Source: Crocinitomicaceae bacterium (GTDB taxonomy: Bacteria > Bacteroidota > Bacteroidia > Flavobacteriales_D > Parvicellaceae). From it: a stretch of 64,000 nt of DNA. Location: assembly GCA_002723085.1 (NCBI GenBank), contig PBNK01000026.1, positions 8,965 to 72,964 on the forward strand. The letters run 5' to 3'. The notes beneath the pieces were generated by a model. The model was not told the origin of the DNA, did no database searches, and saw only the letters and a list, made by a program, of their open reading frames with translations. Each line of letters opens with the position of its first letter. The first letter of the stretch is position 1. Both the position numbers and the translations under genes were made by a program. Below, one piece after another: positions 9,420 through 19,426 of the stretch.

Positions 9420-12400
9420 ATGTCTATAAAATTTAATGAAAGAAAAAATGTAGATTTATCTAAGGTTGCTGAGAAAATTTTGGCAAAATGGGATAAGGAT
9501 AAAACTTTTCAAAAAAGCATTGAAACAAAAGATCAAAATAATTCTTTTGTTTTTTATGAGGGGCCCCCTTCGTCAAACGGGTTGCCTGGAATTCATCATG
9601 TTATGGCAAGAACCATTAAAGATGTTTTTTGTAGATACAAGACGCTTAAGGGTTACAGGGTTAACAGAAAAGCTGGTTGGGATACTCATGGTCTACCTGT
9701 TGAATTGGGTGTAGAAAAAACATTAGGAATAACAAAAGAAGACATTGGGAAAAAACTGAGTGTTGAAGAGTATAACAACGCTTGTAAAAAGGCGGTAATG
9801 AAATATACTGACGTTTGGAACGACTTAACACACAAAATGGGTTATTGGGTAGATACTGAAAACCCCTACATTACTTATGAAAATAAATATATTGAATCAG
9901 TTTGGTGGTTGTTGTCGCAAGCTTATAAAAAAGACTTGATTTATAAGGGTTATACGATTCAGCCTTATTCACCAAAAGCTGGAACAGGGCTTAGTTCTCA
10001 TGAGCTGAACCAGCCTGGGTGTTATAAAATGGTTAAAGACACTTCTGTTGTTGCTCAATTTTCTTTATGTATCGACTCCGATAACCTACTATTTAAGGAT
10101 GAAAAAGAGGTGATGATCCTTGCTTGGACAACAACTCCTTGGACACTTCCTTCAAATACAGCCCTAGCTATTAATTCAAAAATAAAGTATGTTCTTGTTA
10201 AGACCTTTAATCAATATACTTTTAAGCCTATAACTGTTGTCGTTGCTCTAAAATTAATTGACGCTGTTTTTGGTGGGGGTTATTTTGAAGATGAAAACTT
10301 GCCTTTCGATAAGGAAAATAAAAAGATTCCATATAAAATCATTAAAGAGATTGATGGAAAAGAGCTTGTTGGGTTAAAATACCATCAATTAATGCCTTTC
10401 GCTTTACCTCATGAAAAGCCAGAGAATGCATTTAAAATTATTCATGCTGATTTCGTGTCTGTTGATGATGGTACTGGCATTGTTCATATTGCTCCTACTT
10501 TTGGTGCTGATGATGCAAAGGCAGCATTAAACAATAATATTCCTGGGTTGTTGGTTCTTGATGAAAACGACCAATTAGTTCCTTTAGTTAATCTTAAGGG
10601 TTGTTTTAGAAAAGAAATGGGCGAGTTTGCTGGAAAATATGTAAAAAATGAATTTTATAAGCCTGATGAAGTTCCAGAAAAAAGCGTTGATGTAGAATTA
10701 GCAATTTTGTTAAAAAAAGAAAATAAGGCCTTTAGGGTTGAAAAATACGAACACAGTTATCCACACTGTTGGAGAACAGATAAGCCTATTCTTTATTATC
10801 CTTTAGATTCTTGGTTTATAAAAGTAAGCTCTTTCAAAGACAAAATGGTGAAGTTGAATGAGAGTATAAACTGGAAGCCTAAATCAACTGGAACAGGTCG
10901 TTTTGGAAATTGGTTAGAAAATGCTAACGACTGGAACCTTTCTAGGTCAAGGTTTTGGGGGATTCCCATTCCTATATGGAGAACAGAAGATGGAAAAAAA
11001 GCCATTTGTATTTCATCCATTGAAGAATTAAAATCAGCTATTGAAACTTCAGTTAAAAAGGGCGTTATGAAAAATAACCCCTTAAATTGTTTTAAGGTAA
11101 ATGATTTTTCAAAAGAAAATTATGACACTATAGACCTCCATCGACACTTTGTTGATGATATTATTCTTAGCTCCGATTTGGGAGAGCCCATGTATAGAGA
11201 ACAAGACTTAATCGATGTGTGGTTTGACTCTGGCTCAATGCCTTATGCACAATGGCACTATCCTTTTGAAAATAAAGACGCTGTTGAGGGTGGTTCTTGT
11301 TTTCCTGCTGATTTTATTGCTGAGGGTGTTGATCAAACTAGAGGTTGGTTTTATACTCTTCATGCAATCTCTACTTTTGCGTTTGATAGTGTGGCTTATA
11401 AAAATGTGGTTTCTAATGGTTTGGTTTTAGATAAAAATGGCCAGAAAATGTCTAAAAGATTAGGGAATGCTATAGACCCTTTTGAAACACTTAAAACTTT
11501 TGGTGCTGATGCAACAAGGTGGTATATGATTACTAATGCTCAACCTTGGGATAATTTAAAATTTAATCTTGAGGGAATTAATGAAGTTAAAAGGAAGTTT
11601 TTTGGAACTCTTCAGAACACATATAGCTTTTTTAGCTTATATGCTAATCTGGATGATTTTGATTATAAAAACTCGTTTATTGATGTAAAATTTAGACCAG
11701 AAATAGATCGCTGGATTATATCTAAGTTAAATTCACTAATTTCTAATGTGGATAAATGTTATTCTGATTATGAACCAACAAAAGCAGGAAGGTTAATTCA
11801 AGCATTTGCTGTTGATGATTTAAGCAACTGGTATGTAAGGTTGTGTAGAAAACGTTTTTGGAAAGGAGAAATAAATGATGATAAGCTTGCGGCTTATCAA
11901 ACGCTTTATACTTGCTTAAAAACAATTTCATTGTTAAGTTCTCCGATTGCTCCTTTTTATTGTGATTTATTATACAATGACTTAATTAAATCCAACAATG
12001 ACGATGATTTTTCTGTTCATTTGGCAGATTTTCCGACTGTTAATACAAAACATATTGATATAGCTTTAGAGAAAAAAATGGGCTTAGGGCAAGAAATAAC
12101 CTCCTTGATTTTGAGCTTAAGAAAAAAAGAAAAACTAAAGGTGCGTCAACCGTTAAGTAAGGTATTAATTCCTTCTTTGGGGGAAGAATTTGATGTGGAT
12201 GTTTCTGCAATTAAAGCCCTTGTTTTAAATGAGGTGAATGTTAAAGATTTAGCCATTTTAGAGGCTAATAATAACTTATTAAAAAAGCAAGCTAAGCCAA
12301 ACTTTAAAACAATTGGCCCAAAGTATGGAAAACACATGAAGGAAATAGCAAAAAAAATATCTAATTGGAAGGAATTGGAAATTAACCAATATGAAAAAAA

Positions 12401-12803
12401 TAAAGCTTATTCTTTTATTGTTAATGAGGAAGAGATTTTCTTAAATGATGACGATGTAAATATAATTACATCCGACATACCTGGGTGGAAAATTGCTTCA
12501 TCAGGGGATATTACAGTTGCTCTTGATGTAAATATTAATAAAGAACTAAGAGAAGAAGGGGTTGCCAGAGACTTTGTTAATAAGGTTCAAAACTTAAGAA
12601 AAGATTTGGATTTAAATATTACTGACAATATTGAAATAAAAATTTCATCTGACAGCGATTTTAAGGCGGCAATTAACAACAATTTAAATTATATTTGTTC
12701 GGAAACTCTTACTAAAGATATTATTTTTGTAAACAAGCTGGAAAACGCATATAGTGTAGAAGAAAATAAAGACAGTGCTTTATTTTCAATTGTTAAAATA
12801 TAA
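9420..12803 (+). CDS. ileS: Isoleucine--tRNA ligase (long, type-2-like form)
   Basis: The 1127-aa product has the class I HIGH-type motif (PSSNGLPGIHHV) and KMSKRLGN. The overall IleRS pattern is clear. Confidence 0.97.
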   Translation: MSIKFNERKNVDLSKVAEKILAKWDKDKTFQKSIETKDQNNSFVFYEGPPSSNGLPGIHHVMARTIKDVFCRYKTLKGYRVNRKAGWDTHGLPVELGVEKTLGITKEDIGKKLSVEEYNNACKKAVMKYTDVWNDLTHKMGYWVDTENPYITYENKYIESVWWLLSQAYKKDLIYKGYTIQPYSPKAGTGLSSHELNQPGCYKMVKDTSVVAQFSLCIDSDNLLFKDEKEVMILAWTTTPWTLPSNTALAINSKIKYVLVKTFNQYTFKPITVVVALKLIDAVFGGGYFEDENLPFDKENKKIPYKIIKEIDGKELVGLKYHQLMPFALPHEKPENAFKIIHADFVSVDDGTGIVHIAPTFGADDAKAALNNNIPGLLVLDENDQLVPLVNLKGCFRKEMGEFAGKYVKNEFYKPDEVPEKSVDVELAILLKKENKAFRVEKYEHSYPHCWRTDKPILYYPLDSWFIKVSSFKDKMVKLNESINWKPKSTGTGRFGNWLENANDWNLSRSRFWGIPIPIWRTEDGKKAICISSIEELKSAIETSVKKGVMKNNPLNCFKVNDFSKENYDTIDLHRHFVDDIILSSDLGEPMYREQDLIDVWFDSGSMPYAQWHYPFENKDAVEGGSCFPADFIAEGVDQTRGWFYTLHAISTFAFDSVAYKNVVSNGLVLDKNGQKMSKRLGNAIDPFETLKTFGADATRWYMITNAQPWDNLKFNLEGINEVKRKFFGTLQNTYSFFSLYANLDDFDYKNSFIDVKFRPEIDRWIISKLNSLISNVDKCYSDYEPTKAGRLIQAFAVDDLSNWYVRLCRKRFWKGEINDDKLAAYQTLYTCLKTISLLSSPIAPFYCDLLYNDLIKSNNDDDFSVHLADFPTVNTKHIDIALEKKMGLGQEITSLILSLRKKEKLKVRQPLSKVLIPSLGEEFDVDVSAIKALVLNEVNVKDLAILEANNNLLKKQAKPNFKTIGPKYGKHMKEIAKKISNWKELEINQYEKNKAYSFIVNEEEIFLNDDDVNIITSDIPGWKIASSGDITVALDVNINKELREEGVARDFVNKVQNLRKDLDLNITDNIEIKISSDSDFKAAINNNLNYICSETLTKDIIFVNKLENAYSVEENKDSALFSIVKI

Positions 12804-12813
12804 TTTTGAAAAA

Positions 12814-13194
12814 ATGAATAAAGAAAAAAATAGATATAGCGATGTTGAGCTTGATGAGTTTAGAGGTATTATTGAAAAAAAACTTATCGAAGCAAATGAA
12901 GATTTAGTGATCCTCAAAGGTTCTTTATCTCATAAAGACGACCACGGAACTGATGATACCGGAAGGTCTTTTAAGATGATGGAAGATGGCGCTGAAACGC
13001 TTATGAGAGAAGAAAACGCACAACTGGCTGCCCGATCTGAAAAATTTATTAAAAACCTTGAAAACGCCTTAATAAGAATAAACAATAAAACTTATGGTGT
13101 TTGTAGAAAAACTGGGAAATTAATTAGTAAAGAAAGGTTAAAACTTGTCCCTCACGCTACTTTAAGCATAGAGGCCAAAATGGCAGAGGGTTAA
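12814..13194 (+). CDS. DksA/TraR family C4-type zinc-finger-like regulator
   Basis: It has a coiled-coil N-terminus and the C-terminal YGVCRKTGKLISKERLKLVPHATLS typical of Bacteroidota DksA/TraR proteins. I used the ATG at 12814 rather than the track start at 12775, which lies inside ileS. Confidence 0.75.
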   Translation: MNKEKNRYSDVELDEFRGIIEKKLIEANEDLVILKGSLSHKDDHGTDDTGRSFKMMEDGAETLMREENAQLAARSEKFIKNLENALIRINNKTYGVCRKTGKLISKERLKLVPHATLSIEAKMAEG

Positions 13195-13204
13195 TTTTTT
13201 TGGT

Positions 13205-13888
13205 TTGTCAAGAAAAAAATTAGCAATTTTTCTTATTTTATTGGTTCTATTTATAGATCAATTTTCAAAAATTTGGATCAAATCCCATTTTTCATTAACA
13301 CACAGCGATATAAACATATTTCAATTAGGTTTTATTGAAATTGAATTCATAGAAAACCCAGGCATGGCTTTTGGATTTTCTTTTGGGAATATTTATGGTA
13401 AATATTTATTGAGTTTATTTAGAATCGGTGCAGTTTTTGCAATTGGTTGGTATTTATTAAAGTTAATTTCTATAAAAACGCATTTTGTTTTCATTGCTTG
13501 TGTTTCATTAATTTTTGCTGGGGCATTAGGAAACATTTTAGATAGCTTGTTTTATGGGTTGATGTTTGATAGTGGAACCGTTTGGGACCCTTTAATTAAT
13601 GGCGGTGATGGCCGATGGATTGGGTATCCAGGAATATCTAATTTGAATTTTAACGGCTATGCGGGCATGTTGGAAGGTTGCGTTGTAGATATGATACATT
13701 TTAACTTTGAGTGGCCTAGTTGGGCTCCTTTTGGGCTTAAAGGAGAGGTTTTTCCTCCTGTTTTTAATGTTGCTGACTTTGCTATTTCTTTCAGTGTTGG
13801 GGTAATTGTTGTATTTTATAAAAAAATTGTCCGGGATGAAGATGTTAATTTTAAAGCTTTATTTAAGTTGCGTAAAGACGTTAATTAG
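13205..13888 (+). CDS. lspA: Lipoprotein signal peptidase II
   Basis: Conserved motifs are present (FIDQFSKIWI, NPGMAFGF, GALGNILDS, VVDMIHF, FNVADFAIS). It sits in the classical ileS-lspA linkage. It uses a TTG start. Confidence 0.85.
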   Translation: MSRKKLAIFLILLVLFIDQFSKIWIKSHFSLTHSDINIFQLGFIEIEFIENPGMAFGFSFGNIYGKYLLSLFRIGAVFAIGWYLLKLISIKTHFVFIACVSLIFAGALGNILDSLFYGLMFDSGTVWDPLINGGDGRWIGYPGISNLNFNGYAGMLEGCVVDMIHFNFEWPSWAPFGLKGEVFPPVFNVADFAISFSVGVIVVFYKKIVRDEDVNFKALFKLRKDVN

Positions 13889-15146
13889 CCTGTTTTTTTG
13901 TTTTATCTCTTTATTTTCTTTTTCGCAAAAGGTGGTGTGCGGCCCTTTACTGGGTGAATGCACAGATAGCAGTGCTGTATTTTGGTTAATGACAAAAAAC
14001 TCTACTGATTTAGTTTTAAATGGTTCTAATTTTGGATTAGATTTTGAAATTTTGCCAGACACTAATATGTCTAAGTTGTTTAAAAAATACAAGGCTTATA
14101 AATTGCTTTTTAGTCACCCTAATGTTTCTACCATTTCTTTTTCTATAAACCTTTCTAAAAAGAAAAGTGAAGATTATTCATATGAAATTAAGTCAAAGAA
14201 CAATGAATTCTTATTCGGGTCTTGTGGATTTATTGCTGATGGTTTTGCTAAAGCTTATCGTGCTTGGAATACTACGAAAATATATCGCTCTATGATTAAA
14301 GAGCCTGCAGATAAAATGATTTGGATGGGAGATAATTTATACTTAATGCCTTTCTATGATTTAAAAAACTTAAAGCGTATTTATAATCGATATATAGGTG
14401 TAAGGTCAAACAAAGATTTAGCCTCTTTTCTTTCTTCAGGTATAAAACATTACGCAACTTGGGATGATCATGATTTTGGACCTAACAATTGTGAAGGGGA
14501 TTTTGAAAACGCGCACTTAACAACGTCTGCATTTAAAAACTTTTGGGTCAACCCCATTTCAAAAGAGTCTTTTGGTGTTTCTTCTGTTGTAAAAAATGGT
14601 GATGTAGATTTTTTTTTAACGGATTCTAGAACCAGTAGAAGCGTTTCTAACGGAACATACTTAGGGGAAAAACAAACAGCTCAACTTAAAAGAAACCTTA
14701 AAAGCTCTAAAGCTATTTTTAAAATTATTGTTAGCGGAAGTCAAGTTATAAACCCACTAAGTGATCATGAATCTTATTTAGATTTTCCAAAAGAACGCGC
14801 AGACTTAATAAATTTTATTCACGAAGAAAATATAAATGGTGTTCTGTTTTTTTCTGGAGATAGACATCATTCTGAAATATACAGTGAAAAAAAAGAAAAT
14901 TATCGATATGATTTATATGATTTAACCTGTTCTCCTTTATCAAGCCCTAAACATAATTTGAAATTCTCTAAATTTTTAAAAACTGTTGGAGACCGTGTTG
15001 ATAATTCTTTGATTTTAAAAAAGAATTACGGTTATGGGAAAATAATTTTAATAGACAATCAAAAAGCTTTAGAAATTACTTTTAAAAGTAAAAAAGGAAT
15101 AGAAATCTCTAAATTTATTTTTACTCAAGAAATGCTCGGTTATTAA
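13836..15146 (+). CDS. PhoD-like metallophosphatase (alkaline phosphatase D family), exported
   Basis: It has a signal peptide, WDDHDFGPNN and GDRHHSE metallophosphoesterase motifs. The start is uncertain (ATG at 13836 or 13842), and both candidates overlap the end of lspA. Confidence 0.65.
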   Translation: MKMLILKLYLSCVKTLISLFFCFISLFSFSQKVVCGPLLGECTDSSAVFWLMTKNSTDLVLNGSNFGLDFEILPDTNMSKLFKKYKAYKLLFSHPNVSTISFSINLSKKKSEDYSYEIKSKNNEFLFGSCGFIADGFAKAYRAWNTTKIYRSMIKEPADKMIWMGDNLYLMPFYDLKNLKRIYNRYIGVRSNKDLASFLSSGIKHYATWDDHDFGPNNCEGDFENAHLTTSAFKNFWVNPISKESFGVSSVVKNGDVDFFLTDSRTSRSVSNGTYLGEKQTAQLKRNLKSSKAIFKIIVSGSQVINPLSDHESYLDFPKERADLINFIHEENINGVLFFSGDRHHSEIYSEKKENYRYDLYDLTCSPLSSPKHNLKFSKFLKTVGDRVDNSLILKKNYGYGKIILIDNQKALEITFKSKKGIEISKFIFTQEMLGY

Positions 15147-17947
15147 TAAACTATATTAACAATTTTTTTAGGAACAACAATTACTCTCTTTGGTTCTACC
15201 CCCTTTAGATAGGCCTTGGTTTTTTCATTTTTGAAAATTTCTTTTTCTATCTCTTCTTTATTTAGGTTAATAGGCAACTCAACCGTAAACCTCATTTTAC
15301 CATTAAAAGAAACAGGATACTTATAGTTGTTCTCTATTAAATATTCTGGATTAAACTCAGGAAAAGTTGCTGTTGTTATGCTTTTGGTGTTCCCTAGTTT
15401 TTCCCATAGTTCTTCACAAATATGTGGAGCATAAGGAGAAAGAATAATCAACAACTCTTTAAGTATTTTAGATTTATTACACTTCATAGCTGTCAATTCG
15501 TTGACACAAATCATAAAGGCAGAAACTGGTGTATTGAAGGAGTACCTTTCTATATCTTCTTTAATTTTTTTAATTGTTTTATGTAATGTTTTTAGTTCTT
15601 CTTTAGTGGGGTTTTCATTGGATGTCATAAAAACTTCTTCTTTATGAAATAGTTTCCATAATTTTTTTAAAAACCCTTGTACGCCTGTAATTCCTTGAAC
15701 GTCCCATGGTTTATGTTGCTCCAATGGTCCTAAAAACATTTCATAACAACGTAATGTATCTGCTCCATATTTTTCAACTAAATCATCTGGTGTTTGAACA
15801 TTATATTTTGATTTAGACATTTTATCAATTTCTCTTCCACATATGTATTCTCCCGAATCTTCAAAAACAAATTCTGCATTATTATATTCCTTTCTCCATT
15901 TTTTAAATTTTTCTATATCTAAAATATCTCCATTTAAAAAGTTAATATCTACATGAAAAGAAACTACTTGGTACTTCTCTTTTTTTCCTTTAGAAATAAA
16001 CCTTCCTGTATTTTTATCTCTATATACAAGTGCGGAATTTCCTTGTATCATTCCTTGATTAATAAGTTTTTGAAATGGTTCTTGAAACGGTATATGGCCT
16101 AAATCAAATAAAATCTTAGACCAAAACCTTGAATATAATAGATGTCCTGTTGCGTGCTCTGCTCCTCCTATATATAAGTCCACGTTTTGCCAATAATCTA
16201 TTTTTTCAGACGATGCAAAATCTTCACTGTTTTTTGGATCAACATATCTTATAAAATACCAACTGCTTCCTGCCCACCCTGGCATAGTGTTGTATTCCAT
16301 CCTGTCGCCAAAAATAGAAATATTCCATTTTTCTTTTTCTGCCCTTGCTAATGGGGGGTCTCCTTTTTCTGTTGGTAAATATTTATTTATTTCTGGCAAC
16401 TCTACAACTTTGTTTTCTTCAAAGACATAAGGAATATCATCTTTGTAATAAACCGGGAAAGGCTCTCCCCAGTATCGTTGTCTAGAAAAAACAGCGTCTC
16501 TTAATTTATATTGTGTTTTTCCTTTTCCAATGCCTTTATTTTGTAGTTCGGAGATCGATAGTTTTATAGCTTTTTTAACAGATAGTCCATCTAAAAAATC
16601 AGAATTTACTATTGTAGCATCTTTATCAATATATGCTGATTCCGAAATATTTATTTCTTTAAATATATTTTTTATTTCTATTTGAAAATGTTTAGCAAAA
16701 TCCCAGTCCCTCTGGTCTCCACATGGAACAGCCATTACAGCTCCTGTTCCGTAACTTGCTAACACATAGTCTCCTATCCATATTTGTATTTTTTTACCAC
16801 TAAAAGGATGTATTGCATATGCTCCTGTAAATTCTCCCGAAATGGTTTTTACATCGCTCAGTCTATCTCTTTCTGATTTTGTTAATGCTTTTAATTGATA
16901 TTCTTCTACTTTATGTTTTTGTGATTTAGTTGTAATTTTATCTACTAATGGGTGCTCTGGAGCTAACACCATGAAAGAAACACCAAAAATAGTGTCGGGC
17001 CTTGTGGGAAAAACCTCAATTTTTTCACTAAATCCAGCAATAGAAAATGAAATCGATGCACCTTTAGATTTTCCAATCCAATTTTTTTGAATGTCTTTTA
17101 TAGAGTCTGACCAATCTAATTCTTCTAATCCTCTCAGTAACCTGTCTGCATAAGCTGTAATTCTCATGCTCCACTGTCTCATTTTTTTTTGCTCAACAGG
17201 GTATCCTCCTCTTTCAGAAACCCCATCTTTAATTTCATCATTAGCTAATACAGTGCCTAATTCTGGACACCAGTTCACCCATGTATCTGAAAGATAAGTC
17301 AAACGGTAATTCATTAAAACTTTATTTTGTTGTTTTTCGCTCCATTCTTTCCATTGATTTGATGAAAAAACCTCTTCATATTCTGTCGCTGCACTAACAT
17401 TAATGTTTCCTTCTTTTTCAAAAACATTAATTAAGTTTTTAATGGGTTCTGCTTTGTCTGTTTTTTTATTATACCATGCGTTATAAATTTCTTTAAAAAT
17501 CCATTGAGTCCATTTATAATAATCAGGGGAAGATGTTCTAATTTCTCTGTCCCAATCAAACGAAAAACCAATTTTATCTAATTGTTTTCTATAGCCTGAA
17601 ATTTTATTCCCTTCTTTATCAACACCCCCTTCAATATTTGTTGTTGTTGTTGTCGCTGGGTGTTGTCCTGTTTGGATTGCGTATTGTTCAGCAGGAAGAC
17701 CAAAAGAATCATAACCCATTGGGTGTAAAACGTTGTAGCCATTTAAGTTTTTATAACGAGCAAAAACATCTGATGCTATGTAACCCAAGGGATGACCTAC
17801 ATGTAGGCCTGATCCAGATGGGTAAGGAAACATATCTAAAACATAGAATTTAGGTTTTTCTCTGTTTTCTTCAACCTTAAATGTTTTGTTTTCAGCCCAA
17901 TACTTTTGCCACTTTTTTTCGATTTCTTTATGATTATATAAACTCAT
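15143..17947 (-). CDS. leuS: Leucine--tRNA ligase
   Basis: The 934-aa product has the HIGH-type motif (PYPSGSGLHVGHPLGY) and KMSKSKYN. The overall LeuRS pattern is clear. Confidence 0.97.
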   Translation of the reverse strand: MSLYNHKEIEKKWQKYWAENKTFKVEENREKPKFYVLDMFPYPSGSGLHVGHPLGYIASDVFARYKNLNGYNVLHPMGYDSFGLPAEQYAIQTGQHPATTTTTNIEGGVDKEGNKISGYRKQLDKIGFSFDWDREIRTSSPDYYKWTQWIFKEIYNAWYNKKTDKAEPIKNLINVFEKEGNINVSAATEYEEVFSSNQWKEWSEKQQNKVLMNYRLTYLSDTWVNWCPELGTVLANDEIKDGVSERGGYPVEQKKMRQWSMRITAYADRLLRGLEELDWSDSIKDIQKNWIGKSKGASISFSIAGFSEKIEVFPTRPDTIFGVSFMVLAPEHPLVDKITTKSQKHKVEEYQLKALTKSERDRLSDVKTISGEFTGAYAIHPFSGKKIQIWIGDYVLASYGTGAVMAVPCGDQRDWDFAKHFQIEIKNIFKEINISESAYIDKDATIVNSDFLDGLSVKKAIKLSISELQNKGIGKGKTQYKLRDAVFSRQRYWGEPFPVYYKDDIPYVFEENKVVELPEINKYLPTEKGDPPLARAEKEKWNISIFGDRMEYNTMPGWAGSSWYFIRYVDPKNSEDFASSEKIDYWQNVDLYIGGAEHATGHLLYSRFWSKILFDLGHIPFQEPFQKLINQGMIQGNSALVYRDKNTGRFISKGKKEKYQVVSFHVDINFLNGDILDIEKFKKWRKEYNNAEFVFEDSGEYICGREIDKMSKSKYNVQTPDDLVEKYGADTLRCYEMFLGPLEQHKPWDVQGITGVQGFLKKLWKLFHKEEVFMTSNENPTKEELKTLHKTIKKIKEDIERYSFNTPVSAFMICVNELTAMKCNKSKILKELLIILSPYAPHICEELWEKLGNTKSITTATFPEFNPEYLIENNYKYPVSFNGKMRFTVELPINLNKEEIEKEIFKNEKTKAYLKGVEPKRVIVVPKKIVNIVY

Positions 17948-17963
17948 TTTTTAAACTAATTCA

Positions 17964-17971
17964 CAAAAGTA
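17964..17971 (-). promoter_or_regulatory. -7 box TACTTTTG upstream of leuS
   Basis: It matches the consensus exactly in the 32-nt rsmI-leuS spacer, 17 nt from the leuS ATG. Confidence 0.35.
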
Positions 17972-17979
17972 ATTTTTTA

Positions 17980-18651
17980 TTATTCTTTTCTTATCACAAC
18001 TACTATTTCTCCTTTAATTTTTTTTTGACTAAAATGCTTAAAAAGTTGTTGTGGGGTTCCTGAAATAGTTTCTTCATGAATTTTTGATATTTCTCTTGAA
18101 ATAGAAACCTCTCTGTTTTCTTGAAAAACTTCATCTAATTCTTTCAGTAGTTTTAATAATCTATGTGGAGATTCATATAAAATTATTGTTGTTTTTTCTT
18201 CTTTTATTTTATTAATTGCTTTTGTTCTTCCTTTTTTATGAGGTAAAAATCCATAAAATATAAAAATATCTGAAGGAAAACCTGATTGAATTAATGCTGG
18301 AATAAAAGCTGTTGCCCCTGGAAGACAAAAAACAGGAATGTCTTTTTCTTTTGCTTTTTTTACAAGTAAAAAACCAGGATCACTAATGCCTGGTGTTCCT
18401 GCATCAGAAACAACAGCAACGTCCCCTTCTTTTACTAATAAATCTTCTATTATTTTATCAGCTACTTTATGCTCATTATGTTGATGATAAGAAATTAACT
18501 TATTATTTATGTTGTAATGATTTAAAAGTTTTTTTGTTGTTCTTGTATCTTCAGCGCATATGTATTCTACAGATTTCAACACGTCTATAGACCTGTATGT
18601 TATGTCTTTTAAGTTCCCTATAGGGGTTGGTATTACATATAGTTTATTCAC
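17980..18651 (-). CDS. rsmI: 16S rRNA (cytidine1402-2'-O)-methyltransferase
   Basis: It starts LYVIPTPIGNLKDIT and contains CAEDTR and SDAGTPGISDPG motifs. Confidence 0.9.
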   Translation of the reverse strand: MNKLYVIPTPIGNLKDITYRSIDVLKSVEYICAEDTRTTKKLLNHYNINNKLISYHQHNEHKVADKIIEDLLVKEGDVAVVSDAGTPGISDPGFLLVKKAKEKDIPVFCLPGATAFIPALIQSGFPSDIFIFYGFLPHKKGRTKAINKIKEEKTTIILYESPHRLLKLLKELDEVFQENREVSISREISKIHEETISGTPQQLFKHFSQKKIKGEIVVVIRKE

Positions 18652-19426
18652 TTTTTTTTAATATTTCATTTAATAAGTGTTGTTTAATTAAAATGTTTTT
18701 TTGATTATTTAGTGCTTCTGAATAAGTGATTTTTTCTTTTGATTTTCTGCATATAAATTTATTTTTTTCTTCAAATAAAACAATTTTATTCTGCGTTTGT
18801 GTTTTATATTTAAGGCTTATTTCTGGCTTATTGTCTTTATCTAAATCAGTTACTATAATTGGGTTTTCTATTTTATTCATTAAAGAAAAGTTTACCTCAT
18901 CTGTGTGTATGTTAACTATTTCTTTATCTATGAAATAATAAAAATAGATTCTTTTATTTTTTAAAATTGATCTTAAAATTATATGTTTATTTTGTGGAGA
19001 ATCAAAATAATAAACATCTAATATCTCGCCTTTTACTTCTTTATAATTAATTCTTTCTGTTTGGTTATATAATTTGAAATTACCTTGAATTTTTGTGTCA
19101 AAATATACTTTTTCATTGTAGATTTCTTTAGAATCTTTTTTTACAACTAAATCGAATTTTTGTTGGTTCTGATGATGTTGATGAAAATCATATGGGAAAA
19201 AAAAAGAAATTGTTTTTTGATAGTTTTTTGATTTTTTAATTCTCTTTAATGTTTGTGTTCCTTGGGTAATAAAACATGACCAATTGTTTTCTTCTAAATA
19301 TTCTCCATCTTTTGCAATAATGGTAATTATACCTGAGGAATCTATTTTTATTTGTTCATTTTGCCCATAAAAAAGGTTATAAAAAAATAAAAAAAAAATA
19401 AAACTTAAGTTAATTTTTTTACTCAT
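18644..19426 (-). CDS. Exported hypothetical protein
   Basis: It has a signal peptide (FIFFLFFYNLFYGQ). I recognise no family. It overlaps both neighbouring genes on the same strand, which supports coding. Confidence 0.5.
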   Translation of the reverse strand: MSKKINLSFIFFLFFYNLFYGQNEQIKIDSSGIITIIAKDGEYLEENNWSCFITQGTQTLKRIKKSKNYQKTISFFFPYDFHQHHQNQQKFDLVVKKDSKEIYNEKVYFDTKIQGNFKLYNQTERINYKEVKGEILDVYYFDSPQNKHIILRSILKNKRIYFYYFIDKEIVNIHTDEVNFSLMNKIENPIIVTDLDKDNKPEISLKYKTQTQNKIVLFEEKNKFICRKSKEKITYSEALNNQKNILIKQHLLNEILKKSE

